From Calditrichia bacterium (lineage in GTDB: Bacteria > Calditrichota > Calditrichia > JAJRVZ01): 64,000 nt of DNA. The translations under genes and the position numbers were made by a program. This document shows positions 1 through 10,203 of this stretch, in pieces. The notes beneath the pieces were generated by a model. The model ran no database searches. It had not been told where the DNA came from and saw only the letters and a list, made by a program, of their open reading frames with translations. The stretch's first letter is position 1. Each line of letters opens with the position of its first letter. The stretch covers positions 26,457 through 90,456 of the forward strand of contig CAVZSQ010000026.1 of NCBI GenBank assembly GCA_963777955.1. The letters run 5' to 3'.

Positions 1-308
1 TCTATCATGAAGGCACCGTGATGGGACAGTCCTTTCCGCAGGGACAACCGATTAAGGCTGGTTCGCGCATCGATATCACGATCAGTCTGGGTAAAATGAA
101 CCAGGAACGGGTGGTACCGAACGTACAGGGTAAAAGTCTCTATGAAGCCCGCGAAATTCTGAGAGCCCTGGGTTTGAAAATCGGACAAATCGAATATGAA
201 GTGCGACAGGATATCCTGCCGGAAACGGTTGTAGGCCAATCGCTGCCGGAAGGTACGGCTTTTACTACCGAGGCAAGTATTAATCTGACTGTCAGCAAGG
301 AAAGGTAA
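1..308 (+). CDS. PASTA-domain protein, C-terminal fragment (gene begins upstream of the window; PknB-type kinase or PBP)
   Basis: The frame is open to the window edge. Two PASTA-like repeats are visible (VPNVQGKSLYEAREILRALGLKIG...VVGQSLPEGT...INLTVS). Confidence 0.6.
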   Translation, partial: YHEGTVMGQSFPQGQPIKAGSRIDITISLGKMNQERVVPNVQGKSLYEAREILRALGLKIGQIEYEVRQDILPETVVGQSLPEGTAFTTEASINLTVSKER

Positions 309-330
309 TAAACAGAAACGGGATGATTTC

Positions 331-1008
331 ATGCAAATAATTAAACTGGCTCCATCGATCCTATCAGCAGATTTATTAAAACTGGAACAGCAGGTCAGAA
401 CAGTGATCAGGAATGGAGCGGATTTTATACATGTCGATATAATGGATGGGCACTTTGTTCCCAATATCACCTTCGGTCCGGTAATGGTATCCACACTAAA
501 ACGCATCTGCAAATTGCCCCTGGATGTACATCTGATGATCAGCGACCCCGACCGGTATATCCCTGCTTTTGTGACAGCCGGCGCCAGTATACTCAGCGTG
601 CACCAGGAATTGAATCCCCACCTGCACAGTACCATTCAGCGGATCAAGCAATATAAAATAAAAGCAGGCGTGGTGCTCAATCCCGCAACCGATCTTAATA
701 CAATTTTGCCCATGCTGGGAGAATTGGACCTGGTTCTGCTGATGACCGTGAATCCGGGATTCGGCGGGCAGAAATTCATTAAAGATGTGCTTTTGAAAAT
801 AAAGGCACTGGCTGAAATTAAACGAAAAAACCGTTACCAGTTCCTGATCGAAGTGGATGGCGGAATTGAAAATCATACTGTACCGGCTGTGGTGAAAGCC
901 GGTGCTGAAGTTCTGGTAGCAGGCAGTGCAATATTTAAACAGGATGATATAGGCCGGGCCTGCAAAAAACTGAAAGCATTAGCCCTGAGTAGCATTGAAT
1001 CCAGATAG
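331..1008 (+). CDS. rpe: ribulose-phosphate 3-epimerase
   Basis: 225-aa ORF with Rpe hallmarks: APSILSADL, HVDIMDGHFVPNITFG, NPGFGGQKFI, VDGGI, AGSAIF. Confidence 0.95.
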   Translation: MQIIKLAPSILSADLLKLEQQVRTVIRNGADFIHVDIMDGHFVPNITFGPVMVSTLKRICKLPLDVHLMISDPDRYIPAFVTAGASILSVHQELNPHLHSTIQRIKQYKIKAGVVLNPATDLNTILPMLGELDLVLLMTVNPGFGGQKFIKDVLLKIKALAEIKRKNRYQFLIEVDGGIENHTVPAVVKAGAEVLVAGSAIFKQDDIGRACKKLKALALSSIESR

Positions 1009-1297
1009 CCAGCAACTCACCCTCGGCGGGGAATTAAAGCGAAAAACAATTCAGCTGGCCACCGCCATAATACCATTGCTGTTCTACTGTTGCCTGACCA
1101 GGGAACAAATCATTATTGTCTTAGTTTTATTAACAACAGCATTTCTCGTGTGCATAGTCTGTTGATTATCTTAATGTCAGGGCTGCATCTATGGAAATGC
1201 TCCTGGTAGCAGCCTAGCGGTTAACGATAATTTGACCATTCCGCTGGCAGCAGCTTTGACATTGAAATTGATTTCATAATGTTCAGGAGTAAACCAG

Positions 1298-2272
1298 GTG
1301 AAAAAATATATTCTGCTAATTATTCTGATCAGCTTTGATTGCGTTTTGGCTGACGGATTTAAAAAATATGCCGGCGAATTTTTATATAACGGAGTCGGCA
1401 GCCGGGCACTGGCCATGGGCAGTGCCTTCGTCGCTGTGGCCAATGACGTCACCGCCGGTTACTGGAATCCGGCCGGACTGGTTGATGCTCCCGGATTGCA
1501 GATGCAGTTTATGCATGCCAGGCAGTTTGTATCTTCCATTCAATATGACTATCTGGCCGGCTCCATAAATGTGGAATCAAATACAGCCTATGGCCTGTCG
1601 CTTATCCGCCTGGGAGTTAACTACATTAAGGATACCCGTAATGCCCTGCGCGGCGAAACTATCGCTGAAGGACTGGATCCTTCCAGGATCAGTCAGTTCA
1701 ATACTGCCGATTATGCTTTTTATCTGTCTTATGCTAAAAGATTAAATGAAAAATTTTCCTATGGGGCAAATGTCAAATTGCTCTACCGTGACTATGCCCT
1801 GGAGTCTGCGCTGGGTATCGGATTTGATGCAGCAGCACGTTATCGCCTGTCGGACAGGTTGACCATGGGTTTGATCTTCAGGGATGTAACCACCACGATG
1901 ATGGCCTGGACGACCGGGGAGAAGGAATTTATCACCCCTGCTTTACGGCCGGGACTGGCCTATCGCTTCGATTTTGATAAAATCGGTTTGTACGTTCAAC
2001 CGGCCGTCGATCTGAATATGCTCTTCGAATCCCGGGCAGCAGCGGCGCAGATGCATTTAGGTCCGCTTAGCCTGGATAGTTTCTGGGGACTGGAAGTCGG
2101 TTTCAAAAATATCACATTCCTGCGCTTCGGTTACGATGACCTGAATCGAATCAGTGCCGGTATAGGCCTCAGTATTACAAGCCTGGCTGTGGATTATTCC
2201 TATACCAACTATGATCGTGAACTGGGTAACATACACCGGATTTCCTTCCAATTAAAACTACCTTCCTTTTAA
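1298..2272 (+). CDS. outer-membrane beta-barrel protein, PorV/PorQ-like family
   Basis: GTG start and signal peptide. The N-terminal motif GSRALAMGSAFVAVANDVTAGYWNPAGL is typical of PorV/PorQ-type and FadL-like barrels, and the C-terminal residue is aromatic (F). Confidence 0.55.
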   Translation: MKKYILLIILISFDCVLADGFKKYAGEFLYNGVGSRALAMGSAFVAVANDVTAGYWNPAGLVDAPGLQMQFMHARQFVSSIQYDYLAGSINVESNTAYGLSLIRLGVNYIKDTRNALRGETIAEGLDPSRISQFNTADYAFYLSYAKRLNEKFSYGANVKLLYRDYALESALGIGFDAAARYRLSDRLTMGLIFRDVTTTMMAWTTGEKEFITPALRPGLAYRFDFDKIGLYVQPAVDLNMLFESRAAAAQMHLGPLSLDSFWGLEVGFKNITFLRFGYDDLNRISAGIGLSITSLAVDYSYTNYDRELGNIHRISFQLKLPSF

Positions 2273-2273
2273 T

Positions 2274-2292
2274 TCTGCGTAAGCAGATTTTT
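2274..2292 (+). terminator. possible weak intrinsic terminator after the OMP gene
   Basis: TCTGC-GTAA-GCAGA hairpin followed by TTTTT. The stem is only 5 bp. Confidence 0.3.
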
Positions 2293-2510
2293 GCCTGTAT
2301 GTTGTAACACAATGTTTATTCATAAGTTACGATGGTAGTCACGGCTGCCGGTGTAGCCGCTGCTTCTTTATCTCATTAATAAATTTAAACAGCCGGTAAC
2401 TTTTATCCAGTTAAGGGACGGTTGCTGATAGTCAGCATTTTGCATTTATATTATTGTGTACGTAAATTAAAGAAAATATATAAACTTAATAAAGGTAGAA
2501 CTGGATCAAT

Positions 2511-3390
2511 ATGCCCCGTAGTATGACTGGTTTTGGTAAAGCTGATTATCATGATAAGAATTATGAGATCAGTGTAGAGGTTAAAAATTTAAATAACCGT
2601 TTCCTTGATATAAACTTAAAACTTCCTAAATCATTGATGAGTTATGAGTCAATGCTCAAGGAAATCGTTAAAAACAAAGTCAGGCGGGGTAAGTTGACCG
2701 CCACAGTTATTTTCAAAGATTTGAGTCTGACCTCCGGGACTTTTGCGCTTAACGAGGAATCCATCCAGTTTTATTACCGCTTATTGCAGGAAATAAAAAC
2801 CCGGACCGGAGTGTACGGGCGAGATTACCCTGGATCATCTGCTGCATTTTAAGGAACTTATTGAACCGGAGGAGCTGTCCAAGGAAGATGATGAAATCGC
2901 CGAACGGCTCGGTAGAGTCATGAGTGAAGCCCTGGATAATCTGAATACAGTCCGCCAGCAGGAAGCAGTAAATTTGCATGAAGATATTTTAACCAGAATC
3001 AGTACCATCGAGCAGACGACCGAGGATGTATTCCGCAAAGGAAAAGAGAATCCCCGGGCGGAATTGGACAGGTTGTCTAACCGTCTGCAGGATTTGATTG
3101 CGGGCAATAAAATAGACCTCAACCGTCTGGAAATGGAAATGGCGCTCATTGCCGATAAAGTGGATATCACCGAAGAGTGTATCCGTCTGAAGAGCCATCT
3201 CGAAATGTTCCGCGATATTTTTTCACACCAGGATGAGGTTGGCAAACAACTGACCTTCGTTTTGCAGGAAATGCAGCGCGAGACCAACACCATCGGCTCA
3301 AAAACCACCGACATCTACATATCCCATCAGATGATAAAAGTAAAAGACGAAATAGAAAAATTACGCGAGCAGATTCAGAATTTAGAATAA
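2511..3390 (+). CDS. yicC: YicC-family stress-induced protein, apparent frameshift near 2797-2823
   Basis: ORF 2511-2852 (MPRSMTGFGKA..., YicC_N) continues in another frame as ITLDHLLHFKELIEPEE...FVLQEMQRETNTIGSK (DUF1732 end) up to the stop at 3390. The second frame opens after a TAA at 2794-2796, next to an A5/C3 run. Confidence 0.85.
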
Positions 3391-3396
3391 GCTGTC

Positions 3397-3960
3397 ATGA
3401 AAAAACACCTTCGGCCGTATATTGTGCTGTCAGCACCTTCAGGCGCAGGGAAAACAACTATCGCCAGGAAACTTGCCGAGCGTAATCCGAACCTGCAAAT
3501 ATCCATATCAGCAACTACCCGTCCTATGAGGCCGATGGAAAAGGATGGAATTGATTATTTTTTTTTAAACGATGATGAATTCAGCAAAAACTTAAAAGAG
3601 GGTAATTTTCTTGAGCATGAGACTGTTCATGGTTTCCGTTACGGTACTCTGCGGACAGTCCTGAATAAAATGACCGGGGAGGGGAAACAGGTACTTTTTG
3701 ACATTGACGTAAAGGGCGCTCTCTCCATCAAACGACTCTGTCCGGAGGCCATTCTTATTTTTATTAAACCCCCTTCACTGGCCGAACTACGGCAACGCCT
3801 GAAAGCACGGCAGACCGAAACTGCCCAGGCCATCAAGCAGCGGCTCAGCCGTCTTAATTATGAATACCAGCAGGCCGATAAGTTTGATCACGTAGTGATC
3901 AATGACGAACTGGACCGGGCGGTCCGGGAGATTGAATCAATTATCAGTGCTAAGAATTAG
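3397..3960 (+). CDS. gmk: guanylate kinase
   Basis: P-loop SAPSGAGKTT, then TTRPMRP.E.DG.DYFF and the GALSIK region. Confidence 0.93.
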   Translation: MKKHLRPYIVLSAPSGAGKTTIARKLAERNPNLQISISATTRPMRPMEKDGIDYFFLNDDEFSKNLKEGNFLEHETVHGFRYGTLRTVLNKMTGEGKQVLFDIDVKGALSIKRLCPEAILIFIKPPSLAELRQRLKARQTETAQAIKQRLSRLNYEYQQADKFDHVVINDELDRAVREIESIISAKN

Positions 3961-4019
3961 TATTATTCATGGTCAAATCCAGCCATCGCATCATCAGTTT
4001 AAAGGAAAAGGAAATTAGT

Positions 4020-5213
4020 ATGAATCTATCTGGTAAAAAATTGGTACTGGGGATCAGCGGGGGAATCGCTGCCTATAAATGCGCCGACCTGGCACGTCGC
4101 TGGGTGCAGGCGGGGGCAGAAGTTCAGGTGGTTATGACTGAAGCGGCACAGAAGTTTATCACTCCACTGACTTTGGAAACGCTTACCGGAAAACAGGTGC
4201 ATACCAGGCTATTCCCTGCGGATCAGTATAGTGCCACCATCCATATCGATCTGGCTGACTGGGCCGATGTCGTGGTCGTCGCGCCGGCTACCGCAGACAT
4301 TATATCCAAACTTCGCCAGGGTCAGGGCGATGATCTGTTGACAACGATCTGCCTGGCCGCCTGGAAAAAATTATTAATTGCACCTTCGATGAATTCCAAT
4401 ATGTGGAACAATCCGGCTGTACAGGAAAATTTAAAGGCGCTGGAAAAACATGGCTGCCTGATAGTACAACCTGCAACCGGCGACCTGGCCTGCGGATATA
4501 CCGGCGTAGGCAGGCTGGCCGATGCTGAGATAATCAATCACTGGCTGCAGTTCTATCTGCATCCCAAAACCGAACTGGAAGGTAAAACCGTACTGGTAAC
4601 TGCGGGCAGAACCGAAGAAGAAATCGACCCTGTGCGCATCATTACCAACCGCTCTTCAGGTAAAATGGGTTTTGCCCTGGCCGAACAGGCGTTTTTTAAC
4701 GGAGCTCAGGTGATCCTGATTGCCGGACCGAACAATCTGCGGCCGTTGCCCGGGGTAGAATATCATCAGGTGGTATCTGCCGAAGAAATGCATCAGACAG
4801 TATTAAAACTGGTCGACCGGGCCGATGTAGTGATTGCCAATGCCGCTGTCTCTGATTACCGCAGCAAACAGGTCTTATTCCGTAAAATCAAAAAGGAAAA
4901 AAAGGAAATTAAACTGGAACTGGTGGCTAATCCCGATATTATTGCTGATATCGGTAAAAGAAAAAGCAAACGCTTGCTGGTCGGGTTTGCAGTGGAAACA
5001 CATAATGAAAAAGAAAACGCTCTGGAAAAAATGCGGAAGAAAAATCTGGACATGATCGTGCTGAATAATCCGGTGGAGGAAGGTGCGGGTTTTGCCACAA
5101 ATACCAACAAAGTGACTATTTTTAAACACAAAGCAAAACCTATCGAACTTCCGGTGATGGCTAAGACCGAAGTGGCGGCCAGAGTTATTGATGAGATTGT
5201 AAAAATATTGTAG
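4020..5213 (+). CDS. coaBC: bifunctional phosphopantothenoylcysteine decarboxylase / phosphopantothenate-cysteine ligase
   Basis: The flavoprotein N-domain (LVLGISGGIAAYK, PAMN..MW) is followed by a CoaB domain (VTAGRTEE.IDPVR.ITNRSSGKMG, AAVSDYR). I take the start at the ATG at 4020, which follows a purine-rich AAAGGAAAAGGAAA tract; the track start at 3969 is less likely. Confidence 0.92.
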   Translation: MNLSGKKLVLGISGGIAAYKCADLARRWVQAGAEVQVVMTEAAQKFITPLTLETLTGKQVHTRLFPADQYSATIHIDLADWADVVVVAPATADIISKLRQGQGDDLLTTICLAAWKKLLIAPSMNSNMWNNPAVQENLKALEKHGCLIVQPATGDLACGYTGVGRLADAEIINHWLQFYLHPKTELEGKTVLVTAGRTEEEIDPVRIITNRSSGKMGFALAEQAFFNGAQVILIAGPNNLRPLPGVEYHQVVSAEEMHQTVLKLVDRADVVIANAAVSDYRSKQVLFRKIKKEKKEIKLELVANPDIIADIGKRKSKRLLVGFAVETHNEKENALEKMRKKNLDMIVLNNPVEEGAGFATNTNKVTIFKHKAKPIELPVMAKTEVAARVIDEIVKIL

Positions 5214-5492
5214 ATCGACTTCATTCTTTTCAGGTTCTGAGCGCAACCTTTGATTTCTTATAGATTTAAAAAAACTTGTGCTTTTTTTCTCAATTCTAAG
5301 AATAATCACCATTTTTTTAAACAGTATTTAATATCCCAACTTATTGTTTATATTAAGTATATAATTGTTGGCTTTATATTTGCATTTTAATCATCCTTAT
5401 GTTTTTTGCAGACCCGTACGATATTCAGGGAGGAGTTGGCATTGGAATCGGTCAGTAGTACAGATATCGATAAAGAGGCGAAAACAAAACAT

Positions 5493-6059
5493 ATGCATGA
5501 GCACCTGAAAACAAGCCTGCGGGATAGTGTATTCTCGGCTACAGGGCAAAATGTTGCCCGCTGTTATTTATGCGGAAAATGCTCTGCCGGTTGTCCCCTG
5601 ATATCCGAAATGGATTTTACTCCTCATCAGGTTCTACGCCTGCTGCAGCCGGGGCTGGACGATTGGGATAAACTGGCCCTGTCTTCCAAAGCTATCTGGT
5701 TATGCCTGACCTGTGAGACCTGCCATACCCGCTGTCCGCAGGAAGTCGATCTGCCCCGGATCATGGATTTTTTACGCCAGGAATCACGACGTAACAAATT
5801 GGTAAATCCTGCTGCCAAAAAAATTCTCGCTTTTCACCGGACCTTTCTTGATTCAGTAAAATATACCGGGCGTCTGTTCGAAATCGGTTTAATCGGGGGC
5901 TATAAATTGCGATCGTTGAATTTATTTCAGGACATTTCCATTGCGCCAAAAATGTTTTTAAAAGGAAAACTGAAAATCTGGCCGCATCGTGTAAAAAACA
6001 GATCATTGATCTCCCGGATTTTTAAAAAATCCTACGGCAATCAGGAGGAAACGGAATGA
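5493..6059 (+). CDS. hdrC: heterodisulfide reductase subunit C
   Basis: Two 4Fe-4S motifs (CYLCGKCSAGCP, CLTCETCHTRCP). The 4-nt overlap with hdrB suggests coupling. The start is uncertain: the track uses TTG 5406, I prefer ATG 5493, which gives about 189 aa. Confidence 0.85.
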   Translation: MHEHLKTSLRDSVFSATGQNVARCYLCGKCSAGCPLISEMDFTPHQVLRLLQPGLDDWDKLALSSKAIWLCLTCETCHTRCPQEVDLPRIMDFLRQESRRNKLVNPAAKKILAFHRTFLDSVKYTGRLFEIGLIGGYKLRSLNLFQDISIAPKMFLKGKLKIWPHRVKNRSLISRIFKKSYGNQEETE

Positions 6060-6931
6060 AAGTCGGATATTTCCCCGGTTGTTCGTTATTGGGTACTGCC
6101 CGTGAATATGATGAATCCCTGCGCATGATCAGTTCAGCGTTAAAGATCGAATTGGAAGAAATCAGGGATTGGAATTGCTGCGGAGCCACGGCCGCTCATA
6201 GTTTGAATAATATGCTGGCGCTGGCCTTACCGGCACGGATACTGGCCCTGGCCGAGGCACAAGCTGTCACCGAGTTGCTGGTTCCCTGTGCGGCCTGCTA
6301 TCATCGCCTGATGGTTACTCTGCATGAAATCAGGAAGAATCCTGCCTTACTCCCTCGTATTGCAGATACTATCGAGATGCCTTTGACCGGAAATATTAAG
6401 GTTCTGAATATACTGGATTTTCTGGAAAAACATTTTCTGAATCAGGTTGCGACTTTATCTTTTCAACCTTTTGCCCGTAAAGTTGCCTGTTATTACGGAT
6501 GCCTGTTAGTACGGCCGCCGGAAGTTGTAGAATTTGAACGCTATGAAGATCCGCTGGTCATGGAAAATATTGTCCGGAGTGTTGGTGCCGAACCTGTCCA
6601 GTGGGCATATAAAGTGGAATGCTGCGGGGCGGGACTTTCGATTCCCCGTACAGATATCGTTGCGCAGCTGGCCGGTAAAATTGTCGATGATGCCGAGAAA
6701 AGCGGTGCCGCTGCAATTATTGTCGCCTGCCCGATGTGCCAATCCAACCTGGATATGCGCCGCAGCCAGATCGACCGATATCTGAAAAGAAAGAGCCGGC
6801 TTCCCGTTCTATATATTTCACAGGTGATTGGCCTGGCCCTGGGTCTCGACCGCAAGTCCCTGGGACTGCACCGGCACATCGTTCCGATGAACATGCCGCG
6901 TACAGGCAGTACCCGCGGAGGAAAATTAGTT
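6056..6931 (+). CDS. hdrB: heterodisulfide reductase subunit B (no stop codon before the hdrA start)
   Basis: Two CCG-domain signatures (DWNCCGA, KVECCGAG) and CPMCQ.NLD. The frame runs without a stop into the HdrA module. I set the end at the base before the hdrA ATG. Confidence 0.8.
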
Positions 6932-8954
6932 ATGGCCAGAATAGGTGTTTTTGTCTGTCATTGCGGAGAGAATATCGGTGCAACCGTGGATTGTGCACGT
7001 GTAGCCGAACTGGCCGCCCGCATACCGGGCGTTACTTACAGTGTTGATTATAAATACATGTGCTCAGATCCCGGACAGAATATGATCCGTGATGCCATCA
7101 GGGATAAAAAACTGACCGGGGTAGTAGTTGCGGCCTGCTCACCGCGCATGCATGAACCAACTTTCCGGCGGGCCTGTGCCGAGAGCGGATTAAATCCTTT
7201 CATGTGCGAGATGGCCAACCTGCGCGAGCACTGCTCCTGGGTGCATGAGAAAACCGAGGAAACCACCCGCAAAGCACTGGATCTGGTGCGAATACTAGTT
7301 GAAAAAGTAAAACGTAATGCCCCCTTATTTCCGATAAAAGTTCCGGTGACCAAAACGGCACTGGTGCTGGGCGGTGGTATTGCCGGGATACAGGCCAGTC
7401 TGGATATCGCTAATGCCGGTCATAAGGTCATCCTGGTTGAAAAAGATCCCTCCATCGGCGGGCACATGTCGCAACTATCCGAAACCTTTCCTACCCTGGA
7501 CTGTTCGCAGTGTATCCTGACTCCGCGTATGGTGGAGGTAGCGCAACATCCTAATATTACGCTGTATACATATTCAGAATTGGAAAGTGTTGATGGATTC
7601 ATTGGGAATTTTAAAGTGAAGATCCGCAAAAAAGCCCGCAGTCTCGACGAAAAACTGTGTACGGGTTGCGGAATATGCACGCAGAAATGTCCCATCAAAA
7701 AATTACCCAGTGAATTCAATGCCGGTCTGGGTATGCGCACGGCGATCTATGTTCCTTTTCCCCAGGCAGTTCCCAACAAACCAGTTATCGACCGGGACCG
7801 AGTGCACTTTTTACCGCAAAGGATCCTGCAAACTGTGCGCGAAGGTTTGTCCGACCCAGGCGATCCGTTTTGACCAGCAGGATGAGATCATCGAAGCAAA
7901 TGTCGGTGCGATCGTAGCCGCGACAGGATTTGATACGGTAGGTACCGATTTCTTTCCAGAATACGGATATGGCGAATATACCGATGTTATTACGGGATTA
8001 CAATTCGAACGGCTGGCTTCGGCCTCCGGTCCAACCACCGGAGAAATTCGCCGGCCTTCGGATGGTAAGGTGGCAGAAACCGTAGTTTTTATTGCCTGCG
8101 CCGGTTCACGTGATCCGGCCAAAGGGATTGATTACTGTTCAAAGATTTGCTGCATGTACACTGCCAAGCATGCGATGTTGTATAAACATAAAGTCCATCA
8201 CGGCCAGGCTTATGTATTTTACATGGATATCCGGGCGGGTGGAAAAATGTACGAGGAATTTGTTCGCCGGGCTATTGAAGAAGACGGGGTAATGTATGTG
8301 CGCGGGCGGGTATCGCGCATCTACAAAAAAAATGGAAAACTGGTGGTAAAAGGGGTAGATACCTTGCTTAATTCCAAACCAATGGAAATCGAAGCAGACC
8401 TGGTGGTACTGGCCACGGCCATGGTAGCGAACAAGGATGCAGAATCCCTGGCTCAGAAACTGCACATCAGTTATGATCCATATCATTTCTTTGCCGAAGC
8501 ACATCCCAAATTACGCCCGGTTGAAACCAATACCGCCGGTATTTTCCTGGCCGGAGCCTGCCAGGCACCGCGTGATATTCCTGAAACGGTAGCGCAAGCT
8601 TCGGGTGCCGCAGCCAAGACGGCAGCACTGTTTTCACAGGATGAACTTACCCGTGAACCGCTTATTGCCGTGGTCAATCGTACAGCTGCTCCTCTTTTTT
8701 CTTCCTGCGCGGGATGCTTTTTATGCCAGCAGGCTTGCCCATACCAGGCAATTGAAAAAGAGGAAATTAAAACCCGGGATGGCCGCCTGATCAAAACTGT
8801 GGCCAGGATAAATCCTGGTTTGTGTCAGGGTTGCGGCACCTGTGTGGCTGTCTGCCGTTCAAAATCTATAGATTTGCAGGGATATACCCACCGGCAAATT
8901 TATGCGGAAGTTATGTCCTTGTGGAACTGGAGTACTGAAAATGTCAACGTTTGA
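6932..8954 (+). CDS. hdrA: heterodisulfide reductase subunit A (FAD/Fe-S), apparent +1 frameshift near 7790-7800
   Basis: GGAGG sits about 10 nt upstream of the ATG at 6932. HdrA features: GVFVCHCGENIG, the FAD fold VLGGGIAGIQASLDIANAGHKVILVEK, and several CxxCxxCxxxCP motifs. PVIDRD in one frame continues as ECTFYRKGSCKLCAKVCPTQAI in the next, pointing to one extra base near 7799. Confidence 0.88.
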
Positions 8955-9399
8955 GCCGAAAATAACCGCTTTCGTCTGTAACTGGTGCACCTATGCCGGT
9001 GCCGATCTTACAGGCACCAGCCGGATTAAATATGCACCTAACGTACGTATAATCCGTCTGCCCTGCACGGGACGTATTGATTTCATGTTACTATTAAAAG
9101 CATTTGCCGGCGGTGCCGATGGAGTGATCGTCTCCGGTTGTCACCCCAATGATTGCCATTATACTTCCGGTAATTTTCACGCCCGGCGGCGTTGGATCAT
9201 CTTCCGCTCACTGCTTGATTTCATCGGATTCGACAGCAGGCGAATCTTTTTTTCCTGGGTCTCGGCTGCTGAAGGTGCGAAGTGGGCGAAAATGGTGAAC
9301 GAGATCACCCAGGAATTAAAAAATCTGGGACCCCTGCAGAATTACAGGGAACTCGCCAGATCCGCTCTCGATCTCAGCACGGAGAAAAGTTATGTCTGA
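8941..9399 (+). CDS. mvhD: MvhD/FlxD-like hydrogenase delta-subunit-type Fe-S protein
   Basis: KITAFVCNWCTYAGADL...RLPCTGR...GADGVIVSGCHPNDCHY. It overlaps the end of hdrA by 14 nt. Confidence 0.85.
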   Translation: MSTFEPKITAFVCNWCTYAGADLTGTSRIKYAPNVRIIRLPCTGRIDFMLLLKAFAGGADGVIVSGCHPNDCHYTSGNFHARRRWIIFRSLLDFIGFDSRRIFFSWVSAAEGAKWAKMVNEITQELKNLGPLQNYRELARSALDLSTEKSYV

Positions 9400-10198
9400 A
9401 TTGCAAACCAGGGCACGTCAGTTGCTGGAAACGAAGGCTGTAAGCCTGATCATCGGTTATGGCTCTGGTTTTCAGGGCAAACCACGCCCGATTTTTATTG
9501 ATACTCCTGAAGCAGCTGCGAAGTTGATCTGGAATGAACAGTGTGTGCAGAACCTGGCCGTCTATTTGTTAAAGCCGGAAGTAAAAGCCAGCGGGAAGAT
9601 TGGAATTATTGCTGCGCTGCCGGCTATGCTTTCTGTTTTGCAACTGGCTGCTGAAAACCAGATCCGTGACGGGGAAGTGGTGCTGCTTAACGTTTCGGCC
9701 GATGGCCGTCAGGTTTCCGAGTTATCGCTTTTCTCTGATCTGGAAACATGGATCAGCCAGAATATGAAACAGATCACGGCTGCGGATCGCGAAAAAATGT
9801 CAGCTTTGGAGAATAAGTCAAGGGAAGAACGGTGGCAGTACTGGTTGAATGAATTCAGCCGCTGTATCAAGTGTTATGCCTGCCGCGCTGCCTGTCCCCT
9901 GTGCTATTGCAGCAGTTGCACGGTTGACTGTAATCAACCGCAATGGATATCTGTGCCGGCGCATACTCTGGGAAACCTGGAATGGCACGTTATGCGTGCA
10001 ATGCACCTGGCCGGGCGTTGTATCAACTGCGGTGAGTGCGCCCGGGCCTGCCCGGTCGACCTGCCCATTCATTTACTGACTTTCAAGTTGAGTGACGATA
10101 TTAAGGATGCCTTTGGTCAGCAAGCCGGAATAAAGGCCAGGCCGGATTATGCCTTATCCACATTTAAACCGGATGATAAAGAAAATTTCATAAGGTAA
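9392..10198 (+). CDS. 4Fe-4S dicluster protein, FlxC-like
   Basis: CIKCYACRAACPLCYC and CINCGECARACPV motifs. The start overlaps the mvhD stop (ATGTCTGA). Confidence 0.65.
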   Translation: MSELQTRARQLLETKAVSLIIGYGSGFQGKPRPIFIDTPEAAAKLIWNEQCVQNLAVYLLKPEVKASGKIGIIAALPAMLSVLQLAAENQIRDGEVVLLNVSADGRQVSELSLFSDLETWISQNMKQITAADREKMSALENKSREERWQYWLNEFSRCIKCYACRAACPLCYCSSCTVDCNQPQWISVPAHTLGNLEWHVMRAMHLAGRCINCGECARACPVDLPIHLLTFKLSDDIKDAFGQQAGIKARPDYALSTFKPDDKENFIR

Positions 10199-10203
10199 AT
10201 ACA

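Noticed and set aside
1009-1297. Possible small RNA or tRNA genes in intergenic regions (also 2273-2510, 5214-5492, 31218-31336, 33707-33837)
   Set aside because: I could not find cloverleaf-compatible sequence (for example a GGTTCGAATCC-type T-arm) or any recognisable riboswitch or ncRNA signature. Nothing there is supportable by eye.
2835-3314. 159-aa minus-strand ORF
   Set aside because: It is antisense to the well-supported yicC coding sequence, has Ser/Arg-rich low-complexity translation, and shows no family resemblance.
7785-7805. Selenocysteine or programmed recoding at the HdrA discontinuity
   Set aside because: No TGA lies at the junction. It is a simple +1 frame change within GACCGGGACCGAG, without a recognisable slippery heptamer or downstream structure. 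It fits the general pattern of indels across the contig.
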